A stretch of 64,000 bases of DNA, taken from assembly GCA_977030845.1 (NCBI GenBank), contig OZ365116.1:19778001-19842000 (forward strand), in the 5' to 3' direction. The translations under genes were made by a program, and so were the position numbers. The stretch's first letter is position 1; each line of letters starts with the position of its first letter. The stretch comes from Fimbriosthenelais zetlandica. Lineage: Eukaryota. The notes beneath the pieces are model-generated. The model was not told the DNA's origin, searched no databases, and saw nothing but the letters and a program-made list of their open reading frames with translations. Below, piece after piece: positions 1 through 13,605 of this stretch.

Positions 1-1083
1 ATATATAAATTTAGGCCTATGTTCAGTATAAATTGAAGGAGTGCTCTGAAGGAAAAGGATGGAACAAAGTCCAAATAAATAGACATAAACAAATAAAGTC
101 ATAAAAAGAGTGTGATCCTATTTGACGAGTATTCAAGGATATGACCCCTTGCCATCTGTCTGTCCTTATTACTTCTGTGTACACAAAGTTCGACCTTCTG
201 TAATTCTGTTCACCAATCTCACAAAATACCATTCAGATGATCCATTATAGAGGTAAAGACAACATGACATGTGATACTCTGATCTTCTTTTCTGCTCCCA
301 TTTTTCAGCCAAAATAGAATAGGAAAATAACTGGGTGATGCGTGCTGACAAGTCGTCTTGGCGACCAAATACGAGGGGGACGCGATTATCTCTAAGCACA
401 GGTGAATTTGGTACCGGGCCAGCAATGGTGGGGGGGAGGGGGCAGAGATTATACAGGGATAGCTCTTTTTTGGAGGCATTGTGCCGTATCATGTAACCTT
501 CTGTTGCCCTATCCCGTTTCATGGTAACAAAGAGTTGCAAAATCCCATGACATGACAAGAGCAGGGCTTGTTCTCTCAGTAGATAAGGCACGTGTGTACA
601 TAGACCAGTCCTTGATACATAACAGTATCACACGCAATCACCTTGGAGTCCAATATTTAGTTAGACAATTTCTTCAAATTTGGAAATTTTCCATAACAAT
701 AATGTTCTGCAAACGGGTCCTTATGCATTCGACCATATATCGGTCTTAGTTAAAACATGGAAGTTAGGACAAGGCTGCTGAAACTATGTTAGAAATGAAT
801 GTCACCTTTCCACATGAGCACACTAGTAGGTCATGCTAATTCTGTGAAGATAAACTGATCGTATAGAGTGTACATGAGGCTTATTGTATAAATCCCGTCT
901 ATATACCATGATTGATTGTCGCTTTACTGACCCCCATGCATCACATCACATATGATGAAGTTACATTATAGTATACAGACATAGACCATGTACATACCTA
1001 GATATACTGATGTACACACGTTACCTAACATACCATGGACTAAGATAGGGGGCCTTAATTATTTAATTAAAGTGTAATTTTAC

Positions 1084-1156
1084 CCTTGTCATCGAGGTCA
1101 TCTTCACTGTCAGAGTAGGTGGTAACGGGCACTACTGTCACCCCCAGAGCCTCCAT
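1084..1156 (-). CDS. Candidate alternative first coding exon of a short NAV isoform: MEALGVTVVPVTTYSDSEDDLDDK
   Basis: Strong Kozak context (aacATGG), protein-like acidic peptide, ends AAG G|gtaaaa in phase 1, the same phase as the 14367 donor. Confidence 0.45.
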
Positions 1157-2400
1157 GTTGAGTGCCAGAAAGGGAGAAGGTATCCAGAGGTATAAATCCA
1201 GAAAACTTACTCCAGGGCTACTCCTGGGTATGCAGCTGTACAAACAGGCCTTGATATACCCGACTATAAGAGCATGAGCTCAGTTTCTATATATCTCACT
1301 CACTTATACTTACTCATAGACTCACTCATCCCAATGAGAGGTGTAATGTTGCTCATTGCTTGGGATTCAGACTACTGAGTCTACGTATATATGCACATAA
1401 GGAATGTACCAAGTATAGCAAAACATGTCTAGGTGCCAAACAATTATCCTGGGTAATTGTATACTAAATGAAATAGACAGGTAGAGCGGATCGAGTCATC
1501 AACATATCGAGGTCCATAATCCCTATACATCCCTTCTGTTAGAATCAACTCAAATATGAGATGATAGTATCTAGGTGCAAAGTTGGCAATATCTTTGGAT
1601 ATATTCTGCAAAGTGTGCTTCCAGTTATGCATAGGTAAAAGAGGAATTTCAAGTTCCAAACTGTGCCGTAATGGTGGGTGCTTTCATGCTCATGATGGGA
1701 AACATATTTGCTTGATATAAGTATATCAACTCCAACAGTGATTCCTCCCACTGCTCTCTAGATATTAGAGGATGGAGATATAATTCCAAAGGCAAATGTT
1801 ATACAGGGCTGGCTATAGATGGAAGTGTTGATGAAGAAATGAAGCCAGGTATATAGGTGAATCAGACAGCATGATGACTGAGCCTGCTCAAGGTAACAGC
1901 TCCATGAGTATTATAGTGTATGAAGGATGAGTGAGGGTAGTGTGTGAAATGTACTGTAAAGAGTAGAATTAACCTAGATGGGTGTCCCTTTACACTTCAC
2001 CAAATGAACATATAGCAGATCCTTTTCCTCCTATCCCTCCTGTCTGATGTCATAATCCCGGGGGTCGGATCCAAGGGAAGGAAGGATCGGGAGACCAACC
2101 ACATCCTTGTCTATATACACACGACCAGTCCACATGCGATAAGAGTGATAACAATATAAGGACGCGGCTATTATGATATTTATCTCTATAGGGTACAGCA
2201 GCAGCAACAGGAACAGCCACGTTAATGGCACATCCTATAGTGTTTGATAACACTTGTATTCATGGTGGATCCTCGGTAATACTCTATTCAATCCTTCATA
2301 TATAATGATAGAAATGAGGGTGAGAATGAATGAATGGTGCATGTTAGGAAGAACATGGTGCTGTTACCTCCACATGGGCTTACTCTATACTGGATGGGAT

Positions 2401-2710
2401 GAGGGAGTAGGGAGGAGAGCAGTGCTGGGGGAAGAGGCATCTGAGAGGGGAGGGAACTCCCCAAACTCTCTCACATCTCTCCTGCTCCCCTCACACTCCT
2501 CTCTCACTTCACATCATCTTGCGGTGCTATTTCTTTCTTTTTCCTTCCCTCGCTCTCTTTCAGTCCACCTTCCTTTCCTTCTCCATTAAATCTTTCGTTC
2601 TTTCCCCCATTCTCTCTGCATGTTTCTTTGCAGACTACATGAGTGAAATCTCCCCTTACTCCTTCCAATATTCCCCTTGTCTCCTCTCTCCATCTCTCGC
2701 CCTCCCTCAC
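2401..2710. repeat. Adjacent polypurine and polypyrimidine low-complexity tracts
   Basis: GA-rich 2401-2455 followed by CT-rich 2460-2710. Confidence 0.75.
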
Positions 2711-3381
2711 ACCATCACAGGTGGATATTTGTTATTCTGTACCACTTGGCATTCCACTTATACAAGAGCAAATAAAAAACTCTCGCCTTGAGCACCGAGT
2801 TGTCTAAACAATAACCGTTAATCTGACTGTGTCTATTTATCCAGCATTAACAGTTTGCTGGAGCTAATCTAGGGGAAGGCACCAATAGTATGCATCAACA
2901 TAACCGCTATATACATGGAGGCCTATAGCCACCTGCTGACTTCTGATTTTACCTCGAGTTCAGTCCTCCTTATTCTGTAAATAACCATGCTGTGGCTATG
3001 AATTTTAATACAGAATATCCAATATATAGCAAAGGTTAGGTTTTTAGAACTGTACATAAAAGTCACGTTTCAATAAACTTTTATAGCTACCAGAATACAT
3101 CAGCTTTAACTGTATAGGGCAATAGCTTACAGACAGTTGTGGCCATTTTGATTAATAACTGCAGACTGACAAAAAATATTATATCCATTTGTATCAAAGA
3201 TATAATGCTGATATATCACAATGTATGCAGGCGTACATGAAGGTTATAGCTGGCAATGAAAAAACAGATCAAAGTTTAAGCTACCTTAGCTCATATTTCC
3301 TTCGTTAGAACCGGAAATATCTGACATTGAATGATTTTTCATCACTCAATAGTGCCCCCCCTCCTCCATTTCATGAATATA

Positions 3382-3399
3382 ATAGGTCATATGACCTAT
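3382..3399. promoter_or_regulatory. 18-bp palindrome containing AGGTCA-ta-TGACCT (nuclear-receptor IR2-type)
   Basis: ataggtcatatgacctat is self-complementary; function is inferred only. Confidence 0.3.
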
Positions 3400-3704
3400 A
3401 TTTTGGGGACCTATAGCTCTTGAGGAGTCATGATGCATCTCACCCCTGCCCTCAGAAACAGTGGTAGTTCATGTATGTGTGAAATTGGTGCCTTTGTATG
3501 CACTGACACTAAGTTATAAAGTTCATGACACGAAAGAGTGCATTGTTCCTTAAGAGTTCAAGACAAATTATCAATTATCAATATGATTTATGAATGGATT
3601 TGTATAGAAATTGCAATATAGGTCATAAAGGGAGGGCGACAGTGCATTTAAGACTAATGATATAATTACAATATGATTTCATTGCAATGTGATTTTAATA
3701 TACA

Positions 3705-3865
3705 GCCGCCTTGACATCACCTCTCACCTCGTGTGACGTATAAACGTCGACTGACGTCACATCTGACAGTAACCACCCTAGCGCCACCCTTCATCACTAA
3801 TTAGAGACCTCTCATAATTAGCCTCGTTTTCAAATCAACGGCTCACGTGAATAGGGTTAGGGTCA
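3705..3865. promoter_or_regulatory. CpG-rich regulatory island with CRE (TGACGTCA 3752-3759) and E-box (TCACGTGA 3843-3850)
   Basis: Local CpG cluster in a CpG-poor background with exact motif matches. Confidence 0.45.
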
Positions 3866-4188
3866 TGTCTTTCCATGGGCCACCAAAAACATTAACAAAA
3901 CAAGGCAAGGACTCCATTAAAACAGCCGCCCTTTTTACCACTAGAAAAACATGGGAAATGAAAAGTTAATTCACGAGAAAACCCTCCAAATCAAGAATGG
4001 ACATGTCATTCTGAAGGGCACAAATCAGCCTAATATTTTTGTTTGTTATTTGAGGATCATTAAAGTTGAATTAGTTCTGTATTTGAATGGCTGGCTCAAT
4101 TTGATTGCATTGGAAATGTCTTACAATGTCCTGCATAGGAGATAAATAGATATATAGACATGCATGAGTTACATGTATACCCCTTTAC

Positions 4189-4206
4189 TCTTAGTAATTG
4201 AACCAT
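4189..4206 (-). CDS. Candidate 18-nt symmetric microexon (D)GSITK
   Basis: About 45-nt polypyrimidine tract ending tcaaatag, then ATGGTTCAATTACTAAGA|gtaaag; phase 1 to 1, open. Confidence 0.3.
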
Positions 4207-7200
4207 CTATTTGATATAAAAAGAACAGGAAAAGGGGCGAAGGAGAAGGCATAAAAATAAGACATGTCTGACATACAAACATACTGAAGGCTTGAGAATT
4301 CTACTCAAGTAGTAAGAGAGCACCTTCTTCTCATATCCTTCCTCCATGTCAAGTAAGCACTTCCTCTTCCAGTTAGCTGACATCATCCACTTTAAGTTTT
4401 TAAGCAACCAATGAGTTTAGAATATACTCGTTGAAGCAACCAAAAGGCCATTATACAGCCTAAAAGGTTGTGTTATTCTTATCTTGATAAACAGACTTCA
4501 AAGGACTGATATCTCAGGTCATAAGACATGGATTTATCACGGATTATGATAACATTTGAGAACATTGTCAATGATGAAGATAACAAGGCGTTTGATATAA
4601 TAATCACACTTGTTAATATGTTGTAGATATTGTTCTCCATGTAATATGTAATCACTAAAGCCTCCTACATGTTTGATTGTGATATAGTGGCCACCCATAT
4701 GGCCATGGAAGCGATGAGGAGGCTGGTAATGCCATTCAAAAACGATAGAGGGCGGCACTTGGCTGCAATGCGGTGGGGCAATAAATATCCACGAAACCAC
4801 TCGATCCATATCCGATGGTAGGAGGAAGAAAACTATATGAAATCTATTATAATATTCCATTAAAACCATTAGGAAAGGTGATATTTAAATTGGAAGGTAG
4901 AGGAGCTTCGGCGGACTGATTCATTCACGATTACCACCACAAAAATGTATCCAGGTACCTAATACTCAGCCAGATGCTCTCCAGTTTCAGTCTGGAGTCA
5001 TGTATTCATTGCCATTTTTACCACAGAGGGGTTGCAACAAATGACACTTGAATGAAAATAAAAATACTGTTAGGGATTTAAAGAGCAATTTCAATGCGGA
5101 GTCACGATTGTCATGTCGTTTCCCTCAGACGGGGGGAAAAGCAGGGGAGGAGGATCAATTCAGACACAGGCGTGCTCCCTTGTTTTACACGATTCCGGGC
5201 TCACTGGGTTAGAGCTCTTTGACAGACTGATAATTAGGAAGTCCACGTCCTTGTTGTGAATTCATTTCATGTCGTCATGAATATACATAACGCTACATGA
5301 AGTGGACTAATGGTCTATTTTTGACAGCAGCCCTATGAGTCATCAAGCCAATGTATCTTTAAAATGCCTTAACATTGACCATTGTGAATTAACATGCAAG
5401 GGGCATAGAGCAAATATGGAATACAATTAATTATCAATGAGTTGTTGACAATGGAAGCTTGTGAATTTGAGATTGAACTGAGCTGCGTCACATTTGTAAG
5501 AACAGAAACTTACCAGCCAAGGTATAGTGCATTTGTCGGACACTTGTGAACAATAACCGACCTTTAAAAAACATTTTGTAAACCTTTTTTTTGTTTTTTT
5601 TTGAGTACACAGGATGTCAAAGAGCCTCCAGTGTCTACCATTGCTCACAAAGACACAATAAAATAGACCGCAGGTGGAAACTCTAGACTTACACAAGTCC
5701 TTCAATTAAAAAAAAATATATATAATTGCCATCATTCTGCATATATTTTATGTGTTAAAGTCTCTGTTCAGACACTATTTGTGTAAATATTTTGTAAAAT
5801 ATTTCTTCAGGTAAATAAATGAATCAATCCTCGAGGCAATTCAACCACAAAGGGCCAGTGGCTAATTTATTGCCACTTATATTTTTGTAGCAGCAAACAT
5901 ATTTGTTTATGTCAGCTTAATATATAGCTAAGGTTTCAAAGTTCATAGCCTTCCAATTATATTCTCAGTGTCCCTCTTTGACACCTGACTCTTGACAGGG
6001 TGCTGGCAATTGAGGCGTGTAACAGGCCATAATCTAGCGTGGGAAAATACTAAATCATTTTCTCTCATATTTGTAGTTTTCTTTAAGTAAGGAAGGGTTG
6101 ATTTGTCCTTTGAGTTCATAATATTCAATCAATGAGATTCACAGCTACAGTGGGGTAGTTTGTTGGCTATTCCTGCATAGATATGAGTCTGAATATCGTA
6201 TTCTGGGCCGAATTATCATGGTTAGGAATTGACATCTCTCTACTGAGACCACAGACGGCAATAATTTGTAGCGTAATAAAGTATCTAAGTTCAGAACTAC
6301 CTAGGAAAATAACTTTATACCACGTCTTTCATGTCCTAGTAAGCGGATACATGTACATACATCATCAATTCCATTTTAACATGAACCTCTGCTCAAAGCA
6401 GGCACATACATGTACATTATACATATAGCTGCAGGCTACAGCCTTTATGTGCTTGCTGCCTTAATAGACATATTTTAATTGTGGATGACATATAGGATAG
6501 AATCATTTTAATGTATGGCTCCATTGTTTGTAGAAACAAGGGCCCGTGGTAGAAGAAAGTCATTTGTTTTACCTTCACAGCACAGTTCCATTGACCTCTC
6601 ATCACATCACAGGTCATACGGAAGTACCCTGGTGTTACTTCACAGATGAGAGAGATAGGTGAGAGATAGGTGGAGAGGGAGAGGGAGAGGGGGTCGAACT
6701 CGAGACAGAAAAGAGCTATAGGGATGCAGGGGAGAAATAGCAAACTAAAATATTCAGCAATTGGTAGGCCTACTCGAGCAATTTTAAGCGACTCCTTTCA
6801 ATTCCAAAGTATTTATACAATGCCATTGTAATTAATACTTCATTAATGGTATACATATTCCAATGATTAAGGTGCCTGGAGCAGGCTTCATATAGTGTGC
6901 CCATTGACTCTAGCTTTCCTCCTGCCTGATAGTTTTGCCAGTCCACATTATCCCCCAACTAATCTGTCCATTGGCTCAGCAGCTCTAGAGATGATCTTTT
7001 TCTCCATCCTATTTATAACTGTGTGCTTGGACTATCAATGTGGTTAGTACACATAAACCGTGCAAGTAGCCTGCTCTATATATGTACTATAGTGTTAGCT
7101 TGTGTGTACTCTAGGGGTAGGGAGACAAAGACAATATTTACCAGAGTTATATTACAATGTGTACATATTTCCCTTGGCCACACATATGCTTATGAGCTGC

Positions 7201-9609
7201 TTACCTCTTGGCTACTATTGCTTTGCTTTTCATGGGTAAAGTTAATTGATTGACTGATATATCTGTTAGATAGAGAGTGATGGGGAGAGAATAGTATTTA
7301 ACTCACCTGCTCAAAGTGTGAAATTGATATGAGTGCAGCAGCAATGACACCAGTTATTAACACCAATGATCCATCATTGAATATGGCAACATTTAAAGTT
7401 ATATTAGAGAAGTTACTCAAAGAGCTTTCTATGAAGAATAGTACGATAATTCACTTTTTGCGGAGAGGCAGAAATGTTCATATGTCTAAATCCTGTCGAT
7501 CATATTTCATATGAAAAAATAATCTAAAATCCATGTGTTTTTATATCCGTCACTTACGAAGATTGATTGACAGTTCAGAGGAAAATCAAAGCAATCCAAG
7601 GGAGATATCATAGGTAAATGTAAAAAACTTTCCTGCAGATGACAAAGACGTGGTTGGGTGCCTTTACAATTTATAATCTCATGAAAATGTGGTGTAAGTA
7701 ACAACACCTCGCCTCTATGACAAGTGACGCACCTATGTGAACTGGTCACAGACCAGGTGTTGGTACCCGATGTGGTTAAATAGGATCTCGTGGACGGATG
7801 AGAAAGATATATATTCAGGAGTGGGGTGCACCTTTAATAAAATTAATAAATGAATATATTCCTGGACAGGTGCTCAAAATTAGATATAATTGAGCTATAC
7901 ATCCCGACTGTAATAGCTAATGAATAGCTAAGCCAAAAAATTAATAAGCAATTATGCTTTTAGGGATTTTTCCTTCAAAGGCTTCATTACAAATGTATCT
8001 ATGAAATCTCATATCCAATATACTTTCATTATTATGACTTTTTAAAATAATTATATTCTCAAAAGATTTATTAAAATCGGGAGTGGCCCCTCTCCCTTGA
8101 CTGCCCTGGCCAGGTGCAGCACTGAGGGAGTGAGAGGTTGGTGGCATTGTCTACAAACCTATTTGTAAAAACTTCACCCCTGACCCCTCATACAATAGAC
8201 ACTCACTCGTTACTGATGGTGCCCTGCATAGAAAACATGGTTTGCAGCTCAGTAAGGCTTTTATCCTGGTGAATAGAATGGCCAATGGTTGCCGCGACAA
8301 GCGACAAGAGTAAGAATTAAAAATCGACATACAAAATAATTCACACAATGCTTAGAGCAATTATGTAATATTAAAGTAATGATGCAATATTAATGACGAT
8401 AATGGCGGTTTAATTGGAAAGTCCCCCAGACACGCCACGTGTAAAGCATATCAATCATACTTTTCTTTTAAAAAAATGTATGGCATGACATTTTGCTAAT
8501 AGGATGGATATGGTTTACCCTTATCCATGAGTCGCCAAGAAGTTTAATCTTGAAAATGCCTTTCTTTAATTGGCCGCAGATAGCCGGTGAGTTTTGATAA
8601 GCTATCTCAGATTCCCACTGACCATGATCAGCATCAAAATACTGCGTTTCCCATGGCAACGGTCATGTGACTTGACTGACCCTGTCATCCCAAGAGGAGT
8701 GACTTCTGTTATCAGTGAGATATAAAGATAGCTCCTCATGAGAAAGTCGGTCAAGAATGGACGCAGCAGATTGACCAATAACTGTCATCGATTAAAGGCA
8801 ATGCCTTTATTGCCTCGTCTTGCAAAGCAGCCGTACTTTTACATCCCACTGAAGGGAATAGAAAGGAAATCATTTTCATGTATCCTTACTAGTATGATTA
8901 TGAATAGAATCTAGACAGAATTCATTGCATAAAGTCGTGGCTTGTCTATAATCTCTGGTTAGGATCAAAGTAGAAAACGTTCAATACAGTAATAAAAGTT
9001 GCCAGAGGGGTAGAAGCCAGACTATTCAATACCCAGAGGCTGGTCTGTAGAGATGGGTCTGAAATGGGAAGGGGTAGGGAGTGAATGTAAGGAAGCATTA
9101 TAGGTTTAACAGATTTCGATCATGGTCCATCATATAAACCATCTAACCCTGAGTATGTCTTGGAGTTTTTGTTCAGTTATTGAGCGGGGAGGATGAATCA
9201 TAGAGCAGGTCTTACCGTACGGCTGTGATCAGGTATTGTCTGGCTTTAATGACGGTCTATAATGAGAACTCATCACGCAACCTTATTGTCTAGCCTCAAG
9301 AAGATGATTACAACCATACTGCATACATTTTATGCGCTTATAGCATCTTGTTGGGTGCTTAACGAAGATATTCTGATATTAATGTCCCATTGTTGAATTA
9401 TAGCATAGTTACCATCCACTGCACCAGTATGGGTGATTGGCCCTTTTATAAAGAGAAAGTGTCATATTTACATTTTCTACATATATTTTTACAGATATGT
9501 CTGACTATTGAAGCTCTAGGGACAATTCTATAGGCATGAGTGACACTCAGAAAGCCAGGAAGGTCAAAGCACTTGACAGCACAGTGTCCTCCTAAACCTC
9601 ATCTCAGGC

Positions 9610-10030
9610 TAGTGGACACACTTCCTATTCTTTCTCTTGATAATATTACTGGTCCTGAAGGACAGACTGTAGACTTGCAATAACCCTTCCTGCAGATCAC
9701 CAGATTTCTGAGGCAATAACGGGGATCTTCATAGAAGCTAAATGGCAAGAGGAATGGCAGGACAACTGGCAAGACGAGTAAAACGATTCATAATGATTTA
9801 TATGTGAGCAATCTGGGCTTGCAGCCTATAACATGCATGCCTTACCAGCACTAAAAATAGTCGAGAGTAACTCGCTCTAGGTCGTGCCGTTTGGTGTGTG
9901 GTACCAGGAATGAAAAGAAAAAAAAACTGCCATTGATTTTCTTCAAAACAAGTTCTTTCAGGCACTTCAAGAAGAAGCAAGAAGATGGGCTCAAAACGGA
10001 ATAAAACCAGTTTCAGAACAAGTGAAAACA
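9610..10030 (+). pseudogene. Possible decayed coding remnant of unknown (perhaps transposon) origin
   Basis: One frame reads protein-like despite several stops (...IEAKWQEEWQDNW...ALPALKIVE...AIDFLQNKFFQALQEEARRWAQNGIK...); no family recognised. Confidence 0.2.
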
Positions 10031-13000
10031 GTTTTTTAGTAAATTATTCATTAGTGGAGTCTTGAAGAACCTTTCGTCTTTCTGCTGCTCTTACTGTGGG
10101 TTTTATTCTTTTACAAGTAAAGCCTTTAATACCCTTTTCCCTGGGACTAAACCTATATGATCAATGCTCAGCCTGTTTTATAAAGAAAGGCCTGTTTTAT
10201 CACTACAGACTGTGATCTTGTCTCGCGGCTCTTTGGGATAGAGAAACATGGGATAAGGTCTGTCTCGAGAAGAGGAATCCAATGATCAAATGATTGCTAT
10301 TTATAAAGGGCGAGTCACAGAGAGAGAACCAAAATAAATACAGTCAGTCAAAGGCACGGGGGACACTATCCTCCATACAACACTGCTTTTGTGATTCACA
10401 GAAATACTAGGGCAGCCTGCTCCAATGTCATGGGAGCAAAGTAATAACACCAGTAATTGAAATAGAATGCTTCTGTCCGGACTACCCATGGAGCCATGTA
10501 ACTTTGCTGATTCTTTATTTCAATTTCCTATAGAAATATATATTCTAAGAGGTTGTAATAGGTTGTAAGGATTGATCCATTGGCATAGACTGGGATTTTT
10601 CTGACGTTTTACTGTACATGATTTTTATTAATTCGGCGTGCATCAATATCAGGAGGGAGGGACACTTTGAAGGGATGTAGGTTATTGAAAATCTGAATAA
10701 AGGATTGGGGAATAGTTGTGAAGAATTCAATATCTGACAAAGCCCCCGGCTCGGTTAAGAGGTACAAAGAAAGGGTATACATGTAACCGAGGAGGAAATT
10801 GGATATTTTAGTTTGGCGACATGAACACCATGTTGGGACCCAGTTAATTCCCTATTTCCCCATTTTCAACCAAATGGAGAGTTTAATTTCAACTCTCATC
10901 TGTACAACGTGGGTGTTGAATGGGGGAAATGGGTCATTGAAGGGCGGGTGATGGTCAAATAGAGAGGCGGGGTATTTTCATTTCATTGCACGCTGTTAGT
11001 CTTTCATTTCTCAATGGTTCATGGAGTGGTTGCCAGGGTTACCAATAGGTGGGGTTAGATTCCTCTACATTAGTATCTCCCAATAGTGCAGCTGCATGAA
11101 TGAGGGCAGCAAATAAAAAAGGCAATACTCTTAAATTTATGGCTAAAGGGAATTAATGGCCAAAAACCAGTTATCCATTGTGTTTATCAAGTGTTCAAGA
11201 TCTGGCTTCATCTGTAGAAATAACAGAGCATAAAGTGCACTAAATTATATTGAATCACATGTAATAGTTGACCTATGTTAGTGTTCAGTATAGAAATAAG
11301 CAATAATAGGAACAAGGCTCAATAAGTTAATGAACAATGAAGTAACACACCCAATGCACAAGAACAATGCATGTAGCCTTATGAATTTAATCAATGTCCA
11401 TGCCCTTATCATGGCATCTCAACATGGGCTCTATCGGTTTATATGATCAAATATTGACTCTGTGACCTGGTGTAACTCATAACTGTTTTACCGGAGGGCG
11501 TTATGAAGTTTATAAGTTCATATTACAGCTGAAATACCATGACTATCATGCCTCTATATAATAACTGATGTAATGTGATAGCCACACTTGGTCATATGTT
11601 TCCACATATAGCTGCCTGATTCATATGTTTGTACTAATATGGTGACACTGTTTCATTCATAAATATGATAATAAATTGAAAGCGTTCATCCATATAAAGG
11701 GAGGCCATAAATAGGACTGGATTAATGAAATGGTATTGTATGTCAATGAAAAAGATAATTAGGATCGGAGTGGGGTGAGTCGAACCTTCCATCCCTAGTG
11801 GCGACGGGATGCATTATTAACGGATATCATAATAAATGATTTTATCAGTTAGTATCAGCTAGATAACTGCAATTCTGGTTAAATAACTGATGATCAGTTA
11901 ATGACGAATCGACCGTGTGTGTTCGAGGCTTAAAGTGAACGGCGGGATGTCTGGGGAATCTTGGGAAGTATTTGCTCTGTGGTCCCAGGACATATCAAAT
12001 GTGATAAATATCTTTTTTCCCAATTGGAAGTGGGTCATTTTTTCATAGCAGGGGTCTTATAAAATAGTGTTTGCCTATGTGTGCAATGACATAAAGCCTG
12101 TCTGGGTAGGGGCCTATATCTGTCAAAGGCAAGCAGAGGGACAACACTATATATAATAGTGTATAATGATAGCATTATAGAGCTGCCAGGCTGATATATA
12201 GCGCTGTGGGAGGCAGGAAGGTCCCTAGTAAATACTGCTCCTCAAAGCTTGTTGATAAATATACTCCCACCTTTTGTGGGCAGCTGTTGAGGCATTAATA
12301 CTGTGTTCTGATAACACATTTACAACACTTAGAGGTGCAACTCTCAGATTTATAGGTAAATACACGTCTGGCATTAAAATGTGGCCAATAAAGTGCAGAC
12401 GGTAAGGCCTAAAAGGTCTGAGGCTAATACTAAATCAACATCAAAAACACAAATATTTTGCCAAGAAATGCAAAAGGTGCAAAAAAGTTCATATTGGAAA
12501 TCTAATATGACAGTAAATGCAAAGGTATGTTGAAAAGTTCAAACCTGAAATTTTCTGGCGAGTCCAGAAGATGCCCATGGATGTTCCGAACCTAATACAG
12601 TCCAGTACTATATTCCCAAATAACCAATGTTAACAGGCATGTGGGTTATAACACTGGTATATATGTCCACACATCAATCTGCCTGGAATGAATCTGTCAT
12701 TCAGTATGATGTCACTCTATGTCATGCTGCCAACTGTCAGACTACTGACAGACAACTGGCATCCCAGTTATAGGTTCTAGGTTAATGGCATAATCCAGAT
12801 GTCCACATATATAAACCATTCATCTATGACAGAGAATCATATCACGTCATTTCCACATCATCACATGGAAGTCGCTGGTATTTTTGTCTATAACCTTCAT
12901 TGGGTCTTACTTTGATGCAGAATGGCTATATTTTTGATGGGATTCAAAGGCAATAGTTGGCAGGGTGGGAGGTCCATAATGTATGCTACACATGTCTATC

Positions 13001-13570
13001 AATTACATATTCCCTGTCTCAGACTACTGCTGTATTTCAGAGAGGAATACCTCAATATTCTGTTTAAGATGCACTTAATATGTGCTGCCTGTGCGACTAA
13101 TTAAGTGAGTGGGTATATGAGAGAGGAGACGTTTCCAACTCCCGACTACAAAGGCAGCAATCAAATACAAATCTTCCTCTTTTTCTATTCCATCCCAAGA
13201 CTCGTGGAGACAGAAGATAGGCCGTGGCAGTTAAGAAAGCTAGTTTTATGTCCATACCCATAGACGGATGCTGGCCTTATCATGTGGCATCTGGACAGAC
13301 GTCTGCGTATTGGAGACAGCCTTCCTCCTCTGTTACTTTTGTATTCCTCCAGGGTTTGGCTTTTCTCAAGGCAAACCCATACACAGCTAGACACTGGAGG
13401 ACAAGTGGAGCCATACCAAAACTACTCATCCTAGAGGAATGACCTGACCTAGATATGCTAATGATTTGACCTAAATATTGACCTCCTTTGAATGATTCAG
13501 CCTTGATATTATTATTGATCAATATAATTTGTTTCCTTCAGCCATGGGAAAGCTTTCTTGCAATAGGGCC

Positions 13571-13605
13571 ATGCTAACACATCAATAATATGCTAACACA
13601 TCATT
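13571..13605. repeat. 21-bp-period duplication atgctaacacatca x2
   Basis: Direct reading. Confidence 0.85.

Noticed and set aside
11775-11815. B-box-like GGTTCGACTC on the minus strand
   Set aside because: No A-box or tRNA stems upstream.
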